64,000 nt of DNA, from contig MU053994.1 of assembly GCA_013239625.1 (NCBI GenBank), positions 437,775-501,774 on the forward strand, in the 5' to 3' direction. Within the stretch, counting starts at the first letter, position 1. Every line of letters starts with the position of its first letter. Made by a program: the position numbers and the translations under genes. This DNA comes from Lama guanicoe. Its lineage: Eukaryota. Under the pieces are notes generated by a model, which was not told where the DNA came from, ran no database searches, and saw only the letters and a list, made by a program, of their open reading frames with translations. Shown here one piece after another: positions 1 to 10,808 of the stretch.

Positions 1-1019
1 ATTCCACGATCTTGTGGGAAAAGAGGTGATGACTGCTCTGGCTACTTCCTGCTGAAAAGGGGCGATGAGGGGGTGATTATGGAATGGAATTGATCAGCCT
101 TGGTCAGGGAACATTCCTGGACATCTTTAGTCAGTAGTATAATCTCTCTCTTTCCTTTTTTTTTTCTCTCTCTTTATTTACAACTGTTTGATCCTGATAA
201 AACTCCTTGGTATTTTGTTGAACTTGGAGTTTTGGTTCCAGTTCTCAATACATATCTTTAATGTTAATTTTTTCCACTGTACCAGAATTATACTAGATTC
301 TTGTGCTATTTAGTTCATCAGAAGACTTAGAATGGTGTCATGATGCCTCCAGGTGACTAGTCCTATAGACACTAGCGTTTGTCACTCTTTCCATCTCTTT
401 ATCTTATAAGCACCGAAGGTGTGGTCTTCTTGGTAATTCAGGCTATTTTCTAAGGTTAAAGTCCTGGGGCCTTCTCCCTGGAGATTGACTCAGAGACCAA
501 GCATGATTCTAGCTTTCAATTACTGGAATAAAGTAGAAACAGTAAGATCAATAGCTTTAGTTTTAACAGTGGGCCTGGAACTGTGAGTAGCAACTGGTCA
601 GTCAGGTCAGTTGGAAGGAATAAGCAATCTGTTAGCCTAAGTGCAGCCATTTTATTAATCCTCCTTCAAAATCCCCACTGTCAGTTTCTGTCATTCCACT
701 TCTATGGAAATAGGGAAGATGGGCGTCGTGTTCTTGCTGAATGAGGGTGTCGTTTGGGGGCCCTTGAAATGGAATGAGTGAACTTGATCTTGCTGTGTGG
801 CTGGGGTTCAGAAAGAGCCTTAGGTGCTCGTTTCCCGCACATTACACAATGGAGAACAGTCTAAATATTAGATACATATCAACTCCTGTTAACAGAAATG
901 ATAACAGAAATTGTAGAATTCCCATAAGAATGGTTTTGAGACCTTGGGGTATCCATGAAAAGAGGCCAGAAAAACAGGTGTTAACTTAGGTTAATATAAC
1001 TTTTTGCACATATGCATCT

Positions 1020-1116
1020 GAATCCCCTGCATTATGTATTTGTTGTTTTATGTCCTCCAGGGCAGTTATGATGTTTCTGGATTTATCTGGTAGGAAAGTA
1101 CAACAGGCAGTATGAA
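1020..1116 (-). pseudogene. env: ERV env TM remnant
   Basis: Minus strand HTACCTFLPDKSRNIITALEDIKQQIHN is the CC half of the CX6CC motif plus the following heptad repeat of gamma-type TM. Confidence 0.7.
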
Positions 1117-1376
1117 TCCAGAAACTCAACAACTACAAGAGGAGAACTTAAACCCGTAAGGTTGTAGCTGCAAGTTGCCAGCAGACACTGCTTTGAGAAT
1201 GGATGGTAGCATTCTAATTTTGACAGCGCTCAGAAAACTCAAGTTCTCAGCAATACAGAAGCTTGTCTGAAATCACATCTACATTGGTTACCTAGTTTTA
1301 CCTTGGGTGTCTGAACTACAGTTATTCCAGCTTGATTTTCAAATGCATTTCTCTCCTTAATGGCCAAAGCAGATGT

Positions 1377-1650
1377 AATTACCATTAATTATTTTAGTGC
1401 TTTCTTAGATCTGAGGAGATGCAAGAATTTGGGCTCATAAAATCTTTTCCTGAAAATGTCTAACTATCTGAAGACCTGTTCAGCCAGTTTTCCCAGAGCA
1501 CAGAGTGCCTCATTCCTGGTCTCCACCCTGTCTCCTTTCAGGGTGTGTTGGAGGTCAGTGGCTGCAGTGACTCATGATTTAATCCAAGCAGAGGTAGATG
1601 GCAAGTGCCAGCGTGATCCAGTCCTTGTAGAGGCAGATGGCGAGTGCCCT
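1377..1650. mobile_element. LTR-like fragment (artiodactyl MER41/LTR39-like) embedded in the ERV interior
   Basis: 'ttagtgctttcttagatctgaggagatgcaagaatttgggctcataaaatc...cccagagcacagagtgcctcattcc' resembles artiodactyl ERV1 LTR sequence as I recall it. No clear termini. Confidence 0.45.
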
Positions 1651-2379
1651 TATGATCAGAAATTTGACCATGGTTTGGCATGACCATTTTGTCCCCCGGT
1701 GCTAGGAATGCTTATTCCTAGGTCAGGCGAGGATTTTATTGACAGACCACTCAAAGTGCTCTTATGGGACTAGGCCTTATTAACAGGAGCAAAAATGTCT
1801 CTGGACCACCTGTCTTACTAGCCTGTTATGATCCAGGAAAATGTTCCCTCTTGTTGCTTTTTCCATATCTAGACTTGCACTATTACAGTCATTGGTCTCA
1901 TACAGAAGTATATATCTGGCCTACTGTTTCAAGTTGCCTAGTCATTATTTTATCAGAGGCTCAGTCACATATCTGGTAATGTAAGAAGCAACATTTTGTA
2001 AAACAGGCAAAATACAAATAATATAGTAAGAAAGAATAAATAAATAAATAAATAAGAATTTAAGCCAAGAACTTTCATTAGGTGTGGCTCAAAGTATCCC
2101 CAGGTCATCTGACTTAATCTGTTCTGTACCAATCCTTATCTTTAAGGAAAATGTTATACAGGCATTGTTCATAAGCAAGGGTATGAGCAATTATCAAAGT
2201 CATTGGTATACAGGCCTGGCCCGGTGTCTTGGGTCAGCTGTCTACCTCAGATGTCGTCGTCTTCTCATCCTGGCCTGGTAGCTTCTTCTCTATTTGAGCA
2301 CTGTTTTAAGGTGAGCAGTCCTCTATAGGCCAGTCCAGTGCAGGGGCTCTTTCTGACTGGAAATTAATCCAAAAGTCAA

Positions 2380-2530
2380 TTTTCTTTAGCTTTTGCTGTG
2401 CATGGTCTAGTTAAGAGTACCTGATAAAGGGTCCTTCCATTCAGGCTGAAGATAGTTTTTAAATCATGTCTGTTACAGTATGTATAATCCCCTGGTTGCA
2501 GGTGATGGGGCATCTGATCTTCATCCAAGG
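2380..2530 (-). pseudogene. pol: ERV pol integrase C-terminal remnant
   Basis: HHLQPGDYTYCNRH...YQVLLTRPCTAK resembles the integrase GPY/F region (LQPGD.V...WKGPY.VLLTTP.A.K), with a frameshift. Confidence 0.75.
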
Positions 2531-4740
2531 ATAGATTACTGAGAAAGGGATAGTTTACCAAACTGCTGTAAGTCATAATTAGCTTGAGAAGAAGGACTTC
2601 TTTATATCTGGAGAACACAGATTCAAAGCCAGTAAAAAATGAAAGTTGTAACCATATTCATCAGATTACTCAGTCCCATGTAACAAATCTTTGTTTTTTG
2701 TTAACAGTTTTATGAAATCAGAGTTTTCATCAGACTTTTAAAATTTCTTACCCAATTTAGTTCAGTGCTACAGTTTGAAATTTATCAGAAACCAGCAAAT
2801 CTCCTTGAAGAGAAAGCATTTTGCAAAAGCATCAGAATAAAACAATAACTGTCTATAAATGACAAAAGACTTAAAAGCATGGTTAAACACTTAGTTACAC
2901 TGTAGTCGATAAGGAAACCTGGTTACAATAACCATAATTATGACTGACAACATTTCAGACATACCATATTTTTAGGGATTCCATGTAATTTCTAGAATAT
3001 CCATATTAATAGTATTTTTTCATACAGTATAACCTAGGAAGATTTATTATTCATTTGACAGTACTTCCCATGTCATATAACGTACCAAATGAAACTTACT
3101 AGTTTAAAATCTCTCTTTGGTATGTTTCAGGGGCCCTCTGAAGCATCCCAGATTTAGCTGGAGGTCAAAAGAATTCTGATTAAAATTTGGTATTTGGGAA
3201 GCTTGTTAAAAATTTCCAAACACTTGGTCAGATAAAAGTATAGGTTACTGTGAAACAGTACTTATTCATAAACAATAAAAATATTTCAAGGGTAAATACA
3301 GAACAGATCACTTAAGGGATAAAAGAAATTTTACAATCTGTTACTAAAAGCAGATTAACATTTTAAGAAAACTTCATTCTCTCAACAGAGACAAAGAGAA
3401 CCAAATCTAGTCTTGTACCAGCTTACTTTTAAGATTTATTTAATCAACTACATTTATTTTAAACTTAGCCAATCCAGACCATGTACAAAACTCTTTTCTT
3501 AGGGTTCCTCTTTCACAAACCTTCCACAACTTTCTGTATCCATCTTATTTTGTCCCTTATTTTCTTTTCCATTCAGAAGCAACCAGCTTTAGGAAAAAAG
3601 TCACTGTTTTTCACTCTTAACAAAATATAATTCCATTTCTTATACATTCTTTTACTGAAAACATTCATCTTACTTTCCTAGCATACTGAAATGTTTCCCT
3701 TAGTAGTAGGGAATATTTCAGGGTGGCACCAAACATACATTAATATTTCTAAATGTCTTTAGTTTCTCTGTAAGAGGAAGTCAGTATTCAGCAATTAATG
3801 TTTATCTTACTTTATCTGAAAATGACCTAGCTATTTAATAAACGTTCATCATTTAACTTAATTTAGCACAATTCTAAAACTTTTAAGTTTCCAAACATAT
3901 GGGACGATCATTTGAACAGACATTCCTGAAATAATCATTCCGAAAGAGTTTACCCAAAGGCTCTTTCTCACTTGCAAGAATATTATATCAAGTTATTTTT
4001 CTTGCTGACAAATTTGTAACAGATATGACAAGGTCTTATTGGACTTCTATTAAACCTAAATACAATAGAAGTATTATGCTTACCATTAATGAATCTAAAG
4101 ACATGTCTATATTAATCAAACCAATAGGCTTAAACTAGCTTCAAATACCAGGTATCGATTCAGTACTGAATATTTTTTTAGATCACGGGAACCTGATTTT
4201 CATTCTGGCCAGTTTTTTTTTTCTGAGTATTTATATAAGCATTTAATCTTTTTTAAAGCCAATTAAATAGAGCTCTTTTACAAATTAACTTTGGCAATGC
4301 CACGTTATCTACAGCACACATATAGGTACGTACAAACACAGAGACCTCATAGTTCCCATTTCAAAATTTTAGCCATGAGTCATGTACAACAATGTAAGAC
4401 TCATCAGTTATAAGAGGTTGGATTCAAAATTGGGTTTCTGGCAGATAGAACAAATCAAAGTTGCCTGTATAGATAGCTAAACATTTTTACTAACTTCTGT
4501 GGAAGACATTTAAGATGTCTGTTTATTTCCAAATTACTCCCTTTCTCAAAATTTGCATTCCAGAGGTCATAACAGCAGTTGAGTCATTGCTACTGGGACA
4601 GAAATTTAGAAGTTAGAAGTTAGAAAGTCCACTAGTTGAGACCGCACTGTCAGTTGTACCTAAGGCTCTTGGGTGGCAGTTGTTACATGGGTCTTTAAAA
4701 TGGCTAAGAACCCTGGGCCCTGTCAGTCATGACCTTCCTC

Positions 4741-5010
4741 ATTATGGGATTTCATAAAGTCTTGTATATATGGTATTTCTTCCAACTTACCTTTTCTCTG
4801 GCAAAACAGATCTAACTGGAGAATGGTTTAGTAATTTAACAACCCATTTTCAGGCCAGTGTTCCCTAGAGCCTAAAGTGTACATTACTCAAGCAGTGTTA
4901 CAGTAAAATGCCATCTTTTCCTTAGTCATAGGCTCACAGCCATATTTTCCCTGTTTGTTTAACACACGCCCCAAAGGGCTTTCCTTAGGGACAGATGGAG
5001 TACTTCCCAC
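4741..5010 (-). pseudogene. gag: ERV gag matrix (MA) remnant
   Basis: Translates (V)GSTPSVPKESPLGRVLNKQGKYGCEPMTKEKMAFYCNTA*VMYTLGSREHWPENGLLNY*TILQLDLFCQRKGKLEEIPYIQDF, with class I ERV MA motifs (SPLG, FYCNTAW, WP.NG, TILQLDLFC). The start is GTG and there are two in-frame stops. Confidence 0.88.
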
Positions 5011-5449
5011 ATCTATAAGTTTAAGAACAACCAGACACAAAAGTGCAAACAAACCCCAATACCAAGAACACAAACAAAGTATGACATGACTGAACACAAC
5101 ACTGAAGCAAATGAACTGATTCACAGATCAGGTGAAGTCCAACCACTGTTTCCCCTCTCCAACAGGGTACCCCACTTAAAATACAAAACAAATTGGCTTC
5201 TTCAAGAGAAAAAGTTCCAAATGGAGAGGAATAGTTCCTGGCTGTACACACCAGAGCGACTCACCCTACTATATGGAGCCCGTCGGCCCCCAAATGTCGA
5301 TTCCTTGCTCCAGCTGCCAAGCGCTGGGGCAGCAGGTGCCGCGTCAGGGAATTTTGAGGGGAAGGTCCTCAGGATAAGTGGTCCTGGCAGCTGCTAGGGC
5401 CTCACCTGAAAATTCCCCAAATGGGGCCGGCTGGCCACAAGCAGCAAGG

Positions 5450-5468
5450 CTCCTGGCTGGCTTCGCCA
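5450..5468 (-). promoter_or_regulatory. Primer binding site, tRNA-Arg(ACG)-like
   Basis: Minus strand TGGCGAAGCCAGCCAGGAG, 4 nt after the LTR end. It equals the complement of the tRNA-Arg 3' end (TGGCGAGCCAGCCAGGAG) plus one extra A. Confidence 0.8.
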
Positions 5469-5472
5469 AAAT

Positions 5473-5789
5473 TGTTGCCGAGTCCAAACTCGTTCTGCTC
5501 ACAGCACGACAGGCCAATAACTTGGGAGACCAGGTGTTGGGGCAAGGAATAGCGACTTAATTCTGAAAGCCAGCAGACTGAGAGGATGGCAGACTAATAA
5601 TGCCTTGGAGAACCATCCTTCTCTAGTCAGAATACAGCCTCCTTTTATACAAAAAAACAAGGGAGGGGGTGTGGTTGGTTGTTGCAAACTTCCTGCTGCA
5701 GGCATTCTTTGTTCTTGCAGCCTTCCACGTGGGCCAGGTCATGGTGTCCCTGTAAACTTCCAACAAAACAAGGGTTATTCTCTATTACA
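5473..5789 (-). mobile_element. 5' LTR of the ERV (~317 bp)
   Basis: Minus strand reads TGTAATAGAG...GGACTCGGCAACA (TG...CA termini). TATAAAA at 5643-5649 and a degenerate polyA signal AATTAA at 5557-5562. Immediately followed by the PBS. Confidence 0.88.
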
Positions 5790-5790
5790 G

Positions 5791-6196
5791 AGCCAGGGCT
5801 ACATCTGCAAGCCATTCAGTCCTCACTCTGGTTTCCTCTCTGCTCTCCTCTGCCTGATGACAGCCTCTCTCTGCCTCCTTCCACCATTGATGGAAGCTGG
5901 GAGCTGGCTTAGCCTTTGGTGGCTTCACAGGAGTGTCCTGAGAGCAACAGTGTCAGGGTTGTGCTTGGAGCTCGTTGGAGTAGGTGCTTGTATAAATCCA
6001 AGAAACCTTGCTTGACACCTAGTGCCCATTCCACCAAATGTCTGTAGAAACCTCCTTGTCAGGATGCCCGCCCCACACGTTTGTGTTGGTTCTAAGACCC
6101 GCGAAGCCCTCCGGGCCTCAGCCACGTTCCGCTCGTCCTCTTCTGTGCGTCTGAGTAGTAGGCAGGCCTGTCCCCGGCAACTGCAGGTGGAGAGTC
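5791..6196 (+). repeat. Local duplication segment A, copy 1 (paralog of 12331-12736)
   Basis: Ungapped alignment at offset 6540, with 19 mismatches counted in 406 bp. Confidence 0.97.
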
Positions 6197-8539
6197 GCCT
6201 GGACCTGGTCACATGGTGGCACCAGCAGTGCCGCCCCATCCCCGAAGTGGAGCATCTGTGTGTCCAGGCCGTGGTTTCCCGTCTTCCAGTGTCCTTCAGC
6301 CCCAGGGCGTGCCCCCAGGGTGGGCGGTGCCAGGGAGCCAGTCATTACACTCAGACCCTGACTTGTGGGTTCAACAGCTGTCTGATTACTGAAAGCTGTT
6401 TGTTTTGGCTGATAGCTGTGGGCTTGTTTTAGTGCAAAATGTCGTCTCCTAAATACCTCACCAGAAGTCACACCAGAGGAATTCATTAAAGGCCAGGGAA
6501 GTCATAGTAGGTGGATGGACCGTGTCGGGTGAGCAGGTCTGTGTGCTCGGGTGGTCACCTTACCGTCCATGCTGTAGTCAGCACTCCTGGTCCCTGTGAC
6601 GCCTGCAGGGAGCCAGGCTCCCTGGGCTCTTCCAGACTCTGTCTGACGTCCGGGTTTGGAGGTTGAGCTTCCTGACCTTGTGATGGCGGAGTCACAGGGA
6701 CGTGGGAGAACCAGGCAGAGCTATACCGCCATCCCTTTACGGATCAGACTTCAGCTGTGCCTGTGGATTTCACAGGAGACACGGGGCCACGGCCAGCATG
6801 TCATCACTGTAAATGTGACACCCTGCCAACCCCCCTCCTCCATGTGCCCAGGAACCTCCACTCAGGAGAGGAAGGCGGCAGAGGGGGAGAATCCCTGCCC
6901 TTGGGAAAGCACGAGCCGCACCAGTTTAGGCATTTTGTGCATTTCAGAAAGGTGGGAGGGGGCAGCTGAGGAGGATTTGTTCTAACCTCGGCCCTAAGCG
7001 GAGGACACCACTGATGACCGTGCCCTGTTGGGAGTGAGCACAGACGGGGGCTGGGGAGGCTGTGGCTGCCAAACCAGGTCTGTGATCAGAAGCAGTGTCA
7101 GGGCAGCCCAGGGTCAGATACGGGTCATCATGGCAGAAAACATCACATATGAAAAGAGGCAAGCTCAGGGTTTGAGCTTGAGGGGAACTTGCAGAGTGAT
7201 ATTGGCTTGGGGGATGGTGTAGATACAAGGCCTGGAAACTAGGCTGGCCTTTTACTGAGAACAACTTTTGAGAACAGAGGTATTTTGAGGGCCCAGGCAC
7301 CCTTGGTTCCTAAATCTGACAGATCCTGTCAGAAGGCATCAGACAGATACCACCTGACTCTTTAGAAAGGGCTTTTGGAGCCTCAAAATAGAATTCAAGG
7401 AAGAGGAATCTACCCATGAACATCAATATGTAATTTCCCTAGAGAGCAAATGACAAAGTGGCCACTTACGGACCTAATCTAGGGAGCTAATGGGATAATT
7501 AAGTCTACAATGATGTTTCTAAAGGATAATGAATTAACTGCCAACATTTAAGAATCAAGAACTTTTTACCTGAAAACCTCAATTACTGGTTTCTTTTGTG
7601 AAATCATGATGTCTGGGCATACATGGTTATAGTCAGACGAAGATGACTAGCTGCTTGTACCATTAACACCGGGCCTCTCTGGTTTGCCGTGGTCCTCACC
7701 CTTCCCTGTTGAATCTCATGTGTGACCTCCTTCACTCATTTAGGGTAGATAACTGCTGTGTGATAATATTTGAGTTCATTATTCCCATTGGAATTTACTT
7801 CTAAAACCACAGTTGTCTGAAACATGGAATCTCATTCAGTGAATTGGTACAGCATGGTGCTCCTAAATCATCTTGGGCACAGGGCCAGTATTTTCTGTTA
7901 TTGTACAAATTCATTGTAAACTGACATGTGGTCTTATTTTACATGACTAGTATGAAGCTTCCATATGACACTTCACTCAAGTTCAACAACATTTGGATTA
8001 ATAGATACCCTGTTCAACAAGATGACTTGACTCACTTAAGTGTTTAGGCAAAGCCAGATTGCTATCAAGGTCACTAAATGCTAACTCTTAATTTCCGTAC
8101 TTCTTGTAGCCGACCAGTAACAAATAATTTAGTGACCGTCAGTCCACACATCATGGTAGAATGGCATTGAAGAGTGAATTTATTTAATTTATTCTTTTAG
8201 GAGTATGGTTTCAAACCTAAGGAAAGGTAATGAACAGGCCTGGCATTTGATGTTTCATTTAGTGTTTCTCCTTTAGAATCCTTCATGAGCTCAAGAGATT
8301 GGTCTCTTTTAATTAGGGTTCTGGAATCGCTGTGGGGAAAATACCTCAACTTCTGTGAAAGCGAAGTCTGACTAGAGGAAACCAGTTTGCAGCTCGGAGA
8401 CAGACAGATACTGTGGCTCTAAGATATTTGGGTTCTGAAATGTAGGATGAAAAGAATATACCTACTCCACTGTGGAAGAGAGAGTTTTTATGACACGAAG
8501 GGACAAAACAGTGAAAGAGGAGGGAGGGAAATGGGTTCT

Positions 8540-8955
8540 AGGGTTCTGGTCTCCCCTAAGTGTAGTTTACTTGGGGCACGTCAGCTTCTCTGGCTATAAA
8601 ATGAGGCCATTGGACTGAATTATTTCAGAGGTCTGCTTAAGGTGTACAATTACCAGTCTGTGATCTTTTCCTAAGAAAATTTCTCTACTGACAGTGGTTG
8701 AAGGAGGCACAAAGAATTAGTTGGGTTCTCTATTTTACAGCTGAGGCCACTGTGGCCCAGGGATGCTAATCAGCTCTCCCAAGGTCACATGGCACGTGGG
8801 TGGCACAGTCGGGAAGGGAGCCCAGCCCTGCTGCCTGTTGTTGAGGCTCCTCGTCTACTATATCCTGAGAAATGGGTGGTCTCGAGGTAGGAAGGGTTTA
8901 ATGATCTCTGGGAAAAAGAAGCCAAACTCTATAATATAGAGGTGTTGATTTCTTA
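8540..8955 (+). repeat. Local duplication segment B, copy 1 (paralog of ~12739-13145)
   Basis: Shared blocks such as tggctataaaatgag, ttatttcagaggtctgctt, gatcttttcctaag, taatcagctctccca and tgagaaatggg, in colinear order. About 80% identity by eye. Confidence 0.85.
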
Positions 8956-10207
8956 AAATAGTTGTGAATTGGTTTCTGGGAGAATATATATTGTTTAAAT
9001 GTAGCTTAAAGTCTCATAATTCAGCTTCATTATTTTCAGGGAAATTGAGGAATATTCAATTTATATGAGCAATTTATCTAGATATGCCAATCAGGTAGAG
9101 CTCCATTAATTTAAGAGATTTTATATTTTAATATATTAGTATCATTCAGAGGTAGGAAAACATTACACACTCACGCAGTCAGAGGTGAAGGCATATCTCA
9201 GTTACAGACACATGGGCATATGGGCACAGAAAAAGAGAGATTATAGCTTCAATTCTACAGTTTTAGTTGTGAGTCAAGTATAAACACTGAAAGAGAAAAA
9301 CTCACTGGTCCAGATATCAAAGAACTATTCTCTTCCAGAAGGTATGATTTGAATAAACAAGTTGACAAAGACTAGAAAACCAGATTCTCTGTTTTCTCTT
9401 ACTTAGAGGAGACCAGATCTCTGTGGACCCATTTATAGAGATCTCCAGGTGGTCAGATCCTAAAACCAAATTCTCATCCATTTCTGCCAGCAGTGGTAAT
9501 AATTTATCAGTTATAAATGAACAACAACAGAATAGAACCACAAAATTAGTATGGAGGAAAATAAAAGTTAAAAAATTAAAATTAGAAAAACAAAATCATG
9601 GAGATCCTATTGATACTCTGGAATCATCTAGAAGAAACAAGACAAGACATTCCTGGGTTTTAACTGAGAATGAGGCACACTTTTATGTCTTTGGAGTTTA
9701 TCTAGCTCTGACAGGAGTCTACTGAACATATCACCGTGACCACCAAAACAGTTAAAAAGTTATTTGTAAACGGAGAAAATCATGATATTCATCCAGATAT
9801 GAAATGTAAATGTGTTAAAAGAATCTATTGACATCGAGGGAATTGGCAGATAGTGTATTCAAAAGATAACCCAAAGGAGAAACATAGAAATATTGAAAAA
9901 GGATATGTAAATGTGTAAATGGTAGCACAGTTGGTTTTGTTTCAATATGAGAGGGGAGACAGACGGACTTCTACTGGGCAAGGCATTCAGTGTATCTGTA
10001 GGTGACCACCAATTTACAAAGGGATGTGACAGTGCAAAGACATTGCAAAGCTGGGATCAGATAACCTGAAGTACTGTCCTATACACAGGGCAATGTTTCC
10101 ATTGAAACATTTTTTTTTTAAAGCTAGACTCTTAAAGTCCCCTTAAAAAGAGGTTCCTATCACAGACATTTGTAGGCCAGTCCTGATCAGGGCCCAGTGG
10201 GCACCCA

Positions 10208-10240
10208 TGACATCACAAAGGCAGGTCCCTGGCTAATAAG
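10208..10240 (+). promoter_or_regulatory. Putative H2A.L core promoter: CRE-like TGACATCA (10208-10215) and TATA-like TAATAAG (10234-10240)
   Basis: Motifs lie about 110-140 bp upstream of the ATG, at the start of the GC-rich region. Confidence 0.45.
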
Positions 10241-10346
10241 AGGCTGGCGCACAGGGAGGTGGCGGGCAGAAGTACGCTGCCATCTCCAGAGGCCAGGCCA
10301 GAGGGACAGTCGGGCTGGGAGGGTCGGGTCAGAACCCAGCACAATC

Positions 10347-10709
10347 ATGTCTCGGAGAAGAAACCGCTGGTCCTGGTCCTTCCACCGTCGTAGGCAGCAC
10401 TCCCTCTCCCGCTCCACCAGAGCCGAGCTGCAGTTCCCCGTGAGCCGCCTGGACCGCCTCCTGAGACTGGGTCCCAATGCCCAGCGCCTGAGCTCTTCCA
10501 CCCCCATCTTCCTGGCCGGCATCCTCGAGTACCTGACGGCCCACATCCTGGACCTGGCGGGCGTGGAGGCCCGCAGCAGCCACGATGTGCGCATCACCCC
10601 CGAGCACGTGCAGAGGGCGCTGGACAACCACGAGTACCTCAGCCGCCTCTTCCAGCCGGGTGCCTTCCCTCGGGTCTCCGCGATGCCCGTGCCCGAGGAC
10701 AGGTTGTGA
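10347..10709 (+). CDS. H2AL: Short histone H2A variant, H2A.L-like (120 aa, intronless)
   Basis: MSRRRNRWSWSFHRRRQHSLSRSTRAELQFPVSRLDRLLR...STPIFLAGILEYLTAHILDLAG...RITPEHVQRALDNHEYLSRLF has an H2A histone fold with short-variant signatures (RAELQFPVS, LSSSTP, ITPEH), an Arg-rich N-tail and a divergent short C-terminus. A at -3 in the Kozak context. Location next to SYTL5 fits the known X-linked H2A.L/H2A.P locus. Confidence 0.92.
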   Translation: MSRRRNRWSWSFHRRRQHSLSRSTRAELQFPVSRLDRLLRLGPNAQRLSSSTPIFLAGILEYLTAHILDLAGVEARSSHDVRITPEHVQRALDNHEYLSRLFQPGAFPRVSAMPVPEDRL

Positions 10710-10808
10710 TGCCCACGTCCCAGGGCCCAGCCAGGCCTCAGTAGCAGCCTCAACTCACCTCCAAACTACCCACAGATGAGGGAGGCCTGGACTGCTGTCA
10801 GCACAGCT

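Larger units (their letters stand above)
1..5789 (-). mobile_element. ERV1-class (gammaretrovirus-like) non-autonomous provirus; runs off the left edge of the window (3' LTR not seen)
   Basis: Minus-strand order is LTR (5473-5789), PBS, gag MA remnant, AT-rich spacer, integrase C-terminal remnant, env TM remnant, then the 'PFQQEVARAVI' type env 3' end at about 20-70. Confidence 0.9.

Noticed and set aside
5925..5965. Minus-strand 'NPDTVALR' resembling histone H3 RPGTVALR
   Set aside because: No further H3 similarity on either side and a stop follows; likely chance.
6170..6270. Possible decayed H2A pseudogene (RQLQVESRLD resembles RAELQFPVSRLD; ctgcag...gagtcgcctggacc)
   Set aside because: Similarity is limited to about 25 nt and extending it needs several large gaps. 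It would need a profile-HMM/tBLASTn hit to accept.
5605..7300. Cluster of 100-136 aa ORFs
   Set aside because: They cross LTR/unique boundaries, mostly have non-ATG starts and show no protein similarity. Expected in GC-rich DNA.
10197..10346. 50-aa N-terminal extension of the histone ORF in the ORF track
   Set aside because: Begins at GTG and spans the putative promoter. H2A homology and a good Kozak ATG begin at 10347.
10187..10753. 188-aa antisense ORF and other overlapping ORFs
   Set aside because: Shadow ORFs of a GC-rich coding sequence, with no recognisable domain.
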